Positions 54,010-64,000 of a stretch of 64,000 nucleotides of DNA are shown one piece after another. Origin of the DNA: Eledone cirrhosa (lineage: Eukaryota); NCBI GenBank assembly GCA_964016885.1, contig OZ024751.1, forward strand, positions 10,540,001-10,604,000, written 5' to 3'. The first letter of the stretch is position 1; each line of letters opens with the position of its first letter. A program made the position numbers and the translations under genes. A model generated the notes under the pieces. The model worked only from the letters and a program-made list of their open reading frames with translations, made no database searches and was not told the DNA's origin.

Positions 54010-54177
54010 CATACATACATATACATATATATATATATATATACATATATATATACATACATATATATATATGATGGCTGCCCCCTCGTTATCGAGTATG
54101 GCCATTGCACGAAGAGAAATAAAAAAAAAAAATAATAATAATAATAAATAAATAAAAATAAAATAAAAAAAGAAAAG

Positions 54178-54242
<65 letters not shown>

Positions 54243-54445
54243 CATACATATATATTATATATTATATATTATATATATATATATCATCATCATCATCGTT
54301 TAACATACATTTTCCACTCTGGCATGGGTAGGACGAGCTGACCCTTTGAGAGAGAATCTGGTCAGCGACTGTTTCATTCACCCGGGGTTGATTTTGGTTT
54401 GGTTTCTACAACTGGATGCCCTTCCTAACGCCAACCGCATTTACA

Positions 54446-54526
<81 letters not shown>

Positions 54527-54639
54527 CATATATATAAAATAAAGGATCGATTGACTTTCGTCAAATTGAACCGAGGAAACAATGTTTTCGTCGGTCTTTC
54601 AAATTGCTAATACTATCTATCGGTCGCAACTCCAGGTAG

Positions 54640-54762
54640 AAGGAGCAACGTGAAATAAAGTGTCTTGCTCAAGGACATAACGCATCACCCGGTCCAGGAA
54701 TCGAACTCACAGCCTCAAGATTGTGAATCCAATTCTTTAACCACTCAGCCATGCGCCTTCAC
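54640..54762 (-). mobile_element. SINE family 2 copy
   Basis: gagcaacgtgaaataaagtgtcttgctcaagga...gaatcgaactc...taaccactcagccatgcgcct. Confidence 0.8.
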
Positions 54763-54768
54763 AAAAAA

Positions 54769-54800
<32 letters not shown>

Positions 54801-54851
54801 AGGGCGGTGCCCCAGCATGGCCTCAGCCGGATGGCTGAAACAGGTAAAAGA

Positions 54852-54883
<32 letters not shown>

Positions 54884-55079
54884 GCGTGCGTGCATACATA
54901 CATATATATACATATATACATATATACATATATTTCCCGGACCCATGGTTTTTCACATATTCCTTTCTTATATTCCAATACCTGATGATATCACCGGATT
55001 CATATGGAACCCGGTCATTGAAATGATCATAGTATAATAAACCTTTCAAGGATTTACACCAGTCCAGCCTCCTGTTATT

Positions 55080-55124
<45 letters not shown>

Positions 55125-55143
<19 letters not shown>

Positions 55144-56232
55144 GTTTGTGTGTATGTGTCTGTGTATTACCTATAGGGGCCTACATCTTACGACCGATTT
55201 TCATGAAACTTTACAGGCTCATAGATTAGTCATCAGGGAGTGTTTTCTATATATCAGCGTATCGATTTTTTTTAAATTTCGGGGTCATTCTGCAGATAAA
55301 AACCGATAGGGAGTCACCTTTTTTTAGGTATCGAAAAATAAGATTTTTGGCTCTAGCTCCCACATTTTGCCATCGATTTCGTTCAAATTTTAAAGCAAAA
55401 TAGAATTTATCATTGCACATCATGTAATGGTTTTATATTTTGCATTTGTTGTTCAGGGACGGCGTGGCAGCCGCTTAAATATTCAAAAATACCACTTTTT
55501 CGGCTCTAGTTCCCACATTAATCAACCTACTTTGTTCGAATTTTACACTACGCTAGATCTGATTATTTCACGTCTTAAAGTGGCTTTACATTTTGAATTT
55601 TTTGTTCAGGAACGGCGTGGCAGCCGCTTAAATATTCGAAAATACCACCTTTCGCTCAAATTTCCGCCTTTTCGGCTCTAGCTCCCACATTTTCCAACCG
55701 ATTTCGTTCCAATTCGAAACTTCGGGTCCACCTCACACATAAATCAATTTATTTGGTTCAACCTTTAGACTACGATAGGACCTATCATTAGCTCCCACAT
55801 TTTTCAACCGATTTCGTTCAAATTCGAAACTTCGGCTCCACCTCACACATAAATCAATTTATTTGGTTCAAATTTTATACTACGATAGAACCTATCACTG
55901 CACATCTTATAGATGGTCAAAGCCAAAACAATGGCTACTGAAGTCGTCTGAGCTTTTAGTTGTGTATTTGAGAATTCATCGGTTTCCAATCAAGTAGCGT
56001 GAGGAAATTTGGCTTAGTGTTAGAGGTCATTACCCCCCCCCCCCCCACCTCCCCAGCATGCCTCTTCGTCAGTCACCCGCGTTTCTCAGTGATAGAGGTC
56101 ATCACCACCCTCCCCCGCATGGCCTGTGTGTGGCCATAGATGAGTCATCGAGACGCAGTCGCTAAGATCAACACCTTTTCATCAAAGCAGATATTATTTT
56201 ACCTACCCAGGCAACGCTGGGTACTGCTGCTA

Positions 56233-56233
<1 letters not shown>
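55125..56233 (+). mobile_element. Non-autonomous Helitron-like element with internal subrepeats
   Basis: 5' tatatatataaaattaagtttgtgtg; 3' hairpin acccag(gcaacg)ctgggt then CTAG|t; internal repeats of gctcccacatttt..ccgatttcgttcaaatt. Confidence 0.7.
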
Positions 56234-56302
<69 letters not shown>

Positions 56303-56437
56303 GCACACACATACACATATATATACACATACACATATATATGCATACATACGCACACACACATATATATATATATATGTATTTATGTATATATATACAA
56401 ACATATATGCGTACACACACACACGAACATACATATC

Positions 56438-59417
56438 TGTAGTGATTTACATTCCGAGGGCTCACGGATACATTCTCCGTGCGTTGTTTGGCTCAGTTCA
56501 GCAAATCGCCGCCAGCGTAGGAGAATGTATTTCGACACGCCCTGAGGGAAAAATTCCCGCATCGATTCAGAAATCTCTCTCTTGCTGCTTGGGACTCTGA
56601 GAAATAAACACGCGATAATGTAACAGTGAGATTTGCACTTTGGCCTGTCGGCTTTCCTTGGGCCTGGCACAATGCCACATTCTTTTATATTGTTAACTTT
56701 AACTATCCAATTCAACAAACATTTACTTTGCGATTAACTTTGTCTCTTTCTCACTACAACAAATAAATATGCATCCATCATAATTATCCGTGTTGATATA
56801 TCCATCATTAGACGCATAGAGTTACGGCCCTTGCCATTCTGAGTTCAAATCCCGCCGAGGTTAACTTTACCTTTCATCCCTACGGGGTCGATAAAATAAA
56901 GTACCAGTAATACACTGGGGTAATAGCTGGCCTTGTGCCAAAAGTAGAAACAATTATCATATCTTTCTGCTAAAATAGTGACTCGACGTGAGGCTTGGTT
57001 TTCTTTTATAAATTGCTCTACAAACCTATCTGCTAAACTGGTGACTCCCGACGGAGGAATATTTTAATTACAAAATATTCCTTTAAAATAAAAAAACCCT
57101 GTATTTTCAAAATTATAGCACGAAAACATTTTTCTTCCAATGCGGCTTCCTGCAATATACAAACAAGCAAACACCAAACTCACGTGGTGACTCTTTCGTT
57201 GCAACACGCAATGAACCATTCCACCTAAAGTGACAACATCGCCGTTGGAACAAAACGAACACAAAAAATTTCTATTCCCACCTCACGTGGTGACAACGTT
57301 CAAATGCTTCTCACTTGGCTGTTTACACTTTCGCTACATCTTACTACGAACCATTCATTAAATTGGACTCTGTCATTTTTGAACATGATATTTCTTTTTC
57401 TGAAAATTACACCTCGTGTCTTTCTCGTTCAACCAAGCTTTCGTTTAAGACCAACAACCAATATGGCGACTGCTGCCTTCTTCTTTCATTTTTGAGCAGC
57501 CATCTTGTCTTCTTCGTTTCGTCATTTTCCCGCGCGGCGGATTTTACCAACAGACTCATTGCTATTCATCTCAAAGAATAGTTCGGCCACGAGCTACTTT
57601 ATTAATGCCAGTAAAAAAATTGCGACACCTTGCGTCGTAAATTGACGTCACTTGCTGGGCATTTTTATGCACGTTCGTTCTGCGGTCAGCTACTTAAAAC
57701 AAACTTATCTGGACTTACTCAGATCACAGCACTCAACTCTTTTTTTTTCAACACTGACCAACATATCTTGACTGAAATTTCTGTAAAAAAAAATTTTGCG
57801 CGCCCTTCTTTTTGGATCTTCTAACTCTGAACGAGTTGTTTCCCTTGGAACAACTTTAAAAGGCTGCGAGAGACAACAACCACTTAAAAAACAATTCTTT
57901 CTTTCTTTTTATTTTACAGGCAATGTTTGGACATTTATTTCCTTTAAACTGTATTATATGAAAATTCATTTTTTTCGCTCTATCATTGTATATATGACTG
58001 CACGCACACATTTTCTTTGCTGTATTACATGCCTGCATATGCACAACATTTCTTTGTCACACACCATGTTGTTGTCTATAGTATATGATCTTTGTAATAT
58101 TCTGCGAGATCCCTTTTCACCTGGTGGAGGTACCAAAACATTCTGTCGATACTTGCAGCTTAATTCACCTGCACCGCAACACGAGAATGCTAATTGCAGC
58201 TGGATTCAAACAGTTTCGCATCTCGTTGCACACTCATCATCCTATAGCATAACAACCTCCATCTTGTTACTTTGCCCGACTCACTGGGAAAACAACAAAT
58301 GGAACTGGACCTGTCAGCATTTCCACCATTTCTCCAATGGATTCGCCAGAATTATGGAATTACCGCTTCAACTGCTACCCACCTACAGATTCAAATTTCT
58401 TTTTTCTTTTCAAAGCAACTAGCCATTTTTCCTGGCTGCCTAGCACTTTCGGCAATTCATCTGGGAGGCCGACAATTTCTCGCCTACCCATCATCTTCAT
58501 GCCAACTCTGCTACAACATTTACCATAACAGCTCCAGCTATACAGCTCTGGTACAACATTTACCATAACAGCTCTGGTATAACACTTACCATAACAGCTA
58601 TGCAGCTCTGGTAAAGCATGAACAGCATTATCATTGACAACAGCTACTGGTAAACTACCATAACAGCTTCATCCACAGCTCTGGTACAACACTTACCATA
58701 ACAGCTAACATTTAATGCAAGAACAGCAACTTTTCCCATGTCAGACTTTATCCGTTTTCTGTTAGACTCCTGGTGGTCACGCATAAATAGCAAAACAGCT
58801 AGTCATTTGACACAGCGTCTCAACACGGCCCTTAGCGCCTCATTTTTCTTCTTGCATGCATTCTTTTGTTCAATTTTTTCATTAATGTTCTCTTTCAGCA
58901 TTTTTTCCTGCTGATTCAATTTTATATATCGTCTTGCGACTAGGAAGGCGATATTGTAGTGACCTACATTCCGAGGGCTCACGGATACATTCTCCGTGCG
59001 TTGTTTGGCTCAGTTCAGCCAATCGCCGCCAACGTAGGAGAATGTATTTCGACACGCCCTGAGGGAAAAATTCCCGCATCGATTCAGAAATCTCTCTCTT
59101 GCTGCTTGGGACTCTGAGAAATAAACACGCGATAATGTAACGGTGAGATTTGCACTTTGGCCTGTCGGCTTTCCTTGGGCCTGGCACAATGCCACATTCT
59201 TTTTATAACCTTTATATTGTAACTTTAACTATCCAATTCAACAAACATTTACTTTGTGATTAACTTTGTCTCTTTCTCACTACAACAAATAAACATACAT
59301 CCATCATAATTATCCGTGTTGATATATCCATCATTATTATATCTTTCTGCTAAAATGGTGACTCAACGTGAGGCTTGGTGATCTCTTATAAATTTCTCTA
59401 CAAACCTATCTTCTAAA
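56438..59417 (+). mobile_element. Non-autonomous Gypsy-like LTR element (5' LTR 56438-57037 containing a SINE at ~56812-56955; 3' LTR 58955-59417)
   Basis: Direct repeats starting TGTAGTGA; 4-bp TSD tatc; tRNA-Trp-like PBS tggtgactcccgacg 57039-57053; PPT-like aggaaggcgatat before the 3' LTR; no pol ORF. Confidence 0.85.
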
Positions 59418-59495
59418 TATCCATTCGCAAAAATACTTTGGTCTTCTTGCATTCATACATCTCTATACATAAAAGCGCCCTCCTCCACTCATGGA

Positions 59496-59620
<125 letters not shown>

Positions 59621-60548
59621 TCCCACCATCTCTGATTACGCCAACTAAAATACGAGGCTCTTGATTGGTCTAAAATATAGATGCATATAGTTGACACCCT
59701 TTATCAACATTACATAACAATATTACTAGCTTGGAATGGACCTCCACCGGTTTCAGCGATGAGTGTTCAAGTTGTTTGATCAAATGATCAGCCTGCTCAT
59801 GAACTTAATCTGTAAGTGGCTGAGCATTCCACAAACACATGTAATTGTGGCGGCACTGTGTTGGTTATGATGGTGAGTAGTCCTGTTGAAATGATCAGCA
59901 GAACAGTGTGCTTGTGAAATTAACGTACAAGTGGCTGAGCATTCCACAAAATAGATTACCTTTAACGTAGTTCTCAGGGAGATTCAGCATGACTCAGAAT
60001 GTGACAAGGCTGGATCTTCGAATTAACAAATACAACCTATTTTTGGCAGCTGAGTGGACTGGAGCAACATGAAATAAAGTGTCATGCTCAAGGACACAAT
60101 GTGTTGCTGGGAATCAAACTCGTGACCTTACGACCATGAGCCAAATACTCTAAGCACAATGCCACGTGCCTTCACAGACACGTGTACTTTTTGTATAATT
60201 CTCATGGGGATTAATTGTGACACAGAGTGTGACCAGGCTGACCCCTTGAATAATAGATACAGTCCATCTAATGGACTTATATACAATTTCTACAAATCCA
60301 GTTTTACTCAATGTTCATGTGTTAACCTAAGGCCCTGGTAAATGACACTTGCTGAAGATGCCATGCAGAGGGATTGAAACTGGGACCATATGATTGTGCC
60401 ATATGATCATTTGCTCATCTTGCATTTACAATTACTGGGTAAAGAAAGAGGGAACAATCATCTTGCATAACACTTCAAGCTTCTCTTCTTCCCAGCCTTC
60501 ACATATCCTCTGCATTTGCTGCTCATGTCTCACTGCTATATATACAGA

Positions 60549-61401
60549 TTTTCCTTCTTTCTCACATCTCATTCACAGCGAAAGGTCTGTTTGCTACACG
60601 CTCATGAATTCACACAGTTTATACTGATCGAATAACCATGTTGCTTGTTTTTCTTCCCATCATCGGTTAGCTTTCCCTTCGTGTTGTTTACTTGTCTCAC
60701 TCGCTTTATGCATTTCACTTGTCCCAATAACTTATTTTAGTTATTGCTCGCACCAACGTGAGGTATAGGATTTTTAATGCGATGAAATACCAATGATCGT
60801 TAGCAAATCACTGATGAGGGACTAATTTTATAATATGTAATCCATGTGCAACCATGCAGTATTCTTCTCCCCATATTTTTCATATATTTACCTAAACTGC
60901 GATTCTCTGTTTCTCTCTTTCTCTCTTACTGCTCCCTCGTTCTCTCTGTTTCTCTTACTTTCTTTCGTCCCCTCTGTCAGTTAACACTTTCTCTCGACTT
61001 ACCTCTTCCTCGCACTTCCACTCACTCACTCTCTGTTTCTACCTTTCTTACTTCCTCCCATTCGCTAGGAGTCAGCTTTTCCTTCTTTCTCACATCTCAT
61101 TCACAGCGAAAGGTCTGTTTGCTACACGCTCATGAATTCACCCAGTTTATACTGATCGAATAACCATGTTGCTTGTTTTTCTTCCCATCTTCGGTTAGCT
61201 TTCCCTTCGTGTTGTTTACTTGTCTCACTCGCTTTACGCGTTTCACTTGTCCCAATAACTTATTTTAGTTATTGCTCGCACCAATGTGAGGTATATGATT
61301 TTTAATGCGATGAAATACCAATGATCGTTGGCAAATCACTGACGAGGGACTAATTTTATAATATGTAATCCATGTGCAACCATGCAGTATTCTTCTCCCC
61401 A

Positions 61402-61405
<4 letters not shown>
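60549..61405. repeat. Partial tandem repeat (period 528 bp, ~1.6 units) ending in (TA)n; related fragment at ~9632-9738
   Basis: 60549-60877 matches 61077-61405. Confidence 0.85.
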
Positions 61406-61470
<65 letters not shown>

Positions 61471-61476
61471 TATATA

Positions 61477-63790
61477 AAGTGATCCCTCAGATACGAGTTT
61501 AATTCGTTCCGTGACTCAATTTACTCGTATCTCAAATCAATTTTCCTTATTGAAATTAATTGAAATGCTATTAATCCGTTCTGACCCCCCAAAACCACAC
61601 CAATTTATTTATGTTACGTGTTTTTAATAAGCAAAATATACTTTATAAATAACAAATAATGTATAATGAAATAATAAGAACATAATAAAAGAGAATGTAA
61701 AGAAATAAACTGGATTTATTAAGTGTATTTATTTTCAAGATGAAACGAAAAAGCTGGCAGAGGTGAAGGAGAATGACGGGGGAGGCTGTAAATGTTTTTC
61801 GTTTTGCGCTCTATCTCTTAACTTGACTTACTTACTACGCAGTTAATGGTATTTTTTATTGCTAAATTTAACTTATACACTTAATCGCTAAACTTAATTG
61901 CTATTTTTCTTTTACTTTTTTTTTCTTTTCGTACCATACGGTACTGTAGTTACTGTCATCATCATCTTCACTGACTTTTGGCTTTTTGGCCACACTTTCC
62001 TCGCCTTCGCTTTGAGGGCGTTTCAATAGAAACCTGTCTAAGGAGGAGGTTTGTTTCTTCCTCCCTTTTAAAATGTTTCTGAAATGAGTGAGGCAAGTGT
62101 CGTTAAACAGTGCCGACGCACGACTTGTTCCAACTTTTTCTGGATGATTTTTGTCAATAAAATCATTAAGTTTCTCCCAAATTCCCAACATTTCCTTAAT
62201 TTCGCTTGAAGGGATTACTACCTCCTCTGACTCTGGCCCCTCATTAATTTCTTGCCAAATCTCTGTATGCTGCTGGTCCTGTAGCTCCTTTAATTCCTCC
62301 GTTGTCAATTCCTCATTGTACTCTTCGACGAGGTCGTTGACGTCTCCTACGTCCACTACCAGGCCCATGGATTTTCCGATGGACACGATCTCCTCCTCCA
62401 CTAACTCTTCGGGTTCGAATCCTTCGAAGTCCCTTTCGGACACAACCTCGGGCCACAGCTTCTTCCATGCAGAGTTTGAGGTCCTCCTTGTAACACGCTG
62501 CCAGGCCATGTCTATAATTTTGAGGCAGGCTACGATAGTGTAATGTTCTTTCCAGAACTCTCGAAGGGCGAGGTTTGTGTTTTTCGTAACCTCAAAGCAG
62601 CGCTGGAAGAGATGCTTGGTGAAGAGCTTTTTAAAATTCGAAATCACCTGCTCGTCCATGGGCTGAAAGATAGGGGTGGTGTTGGTTGGAAGGTACAAGA
62701 CCTTAATAAACTTGAATTCTTCTAAGATGTCATCCTCGAGATTTGGTGGGTGTGCGGGAGCATTGTAAAGGACGAGTAGGGCTTTCAGGGGCAGGTTATT
62801 ATCTAAAAGATACTTCTTGACTGCTGGACCAAAAACCAGGTTTACCCACTGCACAAAAAACTCCCTGGTGACCCATGCCTTTGGGTTTGCCCTCCACATA
62901 ACCTGCAGTTTTTCTTTAAGAATCGTATGACTCTTAAAGGCTCTGGGTTTTTCCGAGTGATATAAGAGCAGCGGTTTAATCTTTAAATCGCCACTCGCAT
63001 TTGCACACAGTGCAAGGGTCAACCTATCCTTCATAGGTTTGTGGCCTGGCAAGCTCTTCTCCTCTGCTGTTATGTACGTTCTCCTTGGCATCTTTTTCCA
63101 AAATAGCCGTCTCGTCACAGTTAAAGACTTGCTGGGGGATGTATCCTTCGGCTTCTACCAGTTCACCAATAAATGAAGTAAATTCTTCAGCTACCTTAAA
63201 ATCTGAGCTTGCAGCCTCACCATGCGTGACGACGGAGTGAATGCCAGTCCTCTTTTTAAAATTATTAAACCATCCCCGACTGGCTTTGAATGACTCTTCC
63301 GATGCCTCGTCCGAGGATGATCCCGCCGTCTGCCGCACCAAATCTCCATAAATAACTCGTGCCTTCTCACAGATGATGGTCTCGGTTACGGTATCTTCAG
63401 CGAGCTGCTTCTCGGTCAACCACCCCAACAGCAACTTTTCCATCTCTTCATGGACAGAGGTCCGGAGCTTAGAAATTATCTTAACACCCTTAGCTGGTGT
63501 CATAGCCTTTATTGAATCCTTTTGTTTCAAAATAGTACATATTGTAGAAGTATTACGATCGTACTCCTTTGCCAAGTCAATAACACGCACACCACGCTCA
63601 TGTTTTTCTACGATTTCGTGCTTAATATCCATAGACATCATCCTTTTCTTTTTCTCGCCAGTGTTCTTGGCACTCACTTTCCTAGGTTGAAACTAAGATT
63701 TTTATCGAAATAAACCCAAAACAACTAAAATCACAACAGTAACACAACAGAGATGCTCGCGTGCCGAGGTTACCACGTGGACTGACCGCT
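61477..63790 (-). mobile_element. Tigger/pogo-family DNA transposon, defective
   Basis: TIR-like agtgatccctcagatacgagtttaattcgttcc at ~61478; transposase ORFs on -; other end not resolved. Confidence 0.9.
61901..63677 (-). pseudogene. Tigger transposase (HTH/CENP-B + DDE_1), frameshifted
   Basis: FKASRGWFNNFKKR, VFNCDET//LFWKKMP frameshift near 63108, KDRLT, LLVLYNAPAH (catalytic D changed to Y), QPMD. Confidence 0.93.
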
Positions 63791-63871
63791 CTCAGAGGGT
63801 TACTGAATTAATTTAGCCACTTAATTAATTTCACCCGGTGAAACCCAACCAAAGTTACTCCCGTCGTTTAT

Positions 63872-64000
63872 ATCCGTAAAGTGACTAAAACAAATGTAAT
63901 ATATTTACGGTTAGGGTTATTTTTTAGGATTAGGTTTAATTCAACCCTAACCCTAACCGTAAATATATTACATTTGTTTTAATCTTTAGTCAATTTACGG
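63872..64000. repeat. Palindromic element with ttaggg/ccctaa core, running off the window end
   Basis: ccgtaaagtgactaaaacaaatgtaatatatttacggttaggg versus ccctaaccgtaaatatattacatttgtttt..agtcaatttacgg. Confidence 0.7.

Noticed and set aside
57304-58568. ORFs inside the LTR element as gag/pol
   Set aside because: No recognisable gag, protease, RT or integrase motifs
63905-63960. Telomere-like TTAGGG/CCCTAA
   Set aside because: Only a few units inside a palindromic dispersed element, not a telomeric array

Overview
AT-rich, microsatellite-dense animal genomic DNA. The SINE/RTE content resembles a coleoid cephalopod such as Octopus (inference). It is mostly repeats: several RTE-clade LINE copies with a PHD-like finger inside the RT, two tRNA-derived SINE families, a Penelope (GIY-YIG) fragment, a non-autonomous LTR element, a Helitron-like element, a dead Tigger/pogo transposon and several minisatellites. 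A probable + strand host gene has a 114-nt exon (23497-23610) that is phase-compatible with a 6.85-kb Pro/Ala-rich exon (29322-36177); the long Gly and Val ORFs in the track are its antisense shadows. The main find is that the 466-bp tandem array (45674-53910) carries a complete minimal type I hammerhead ribozyme in each full unit (17 copies), preceded by an octamer and TATA-like cassette. The array starts at the ribozyme cleavage site and ends at a T-tract within a (TA)n target. A diverged 1.67-mer of the same family (39929-40620) shows structure-preserving changes, the same 3' end and a 5' inversion. This resembles a Penelope-mobilised non-LTR retrozyme. At least five other unrelated hammerhead motifs or remnants lie in TA-flanked islands across the window.
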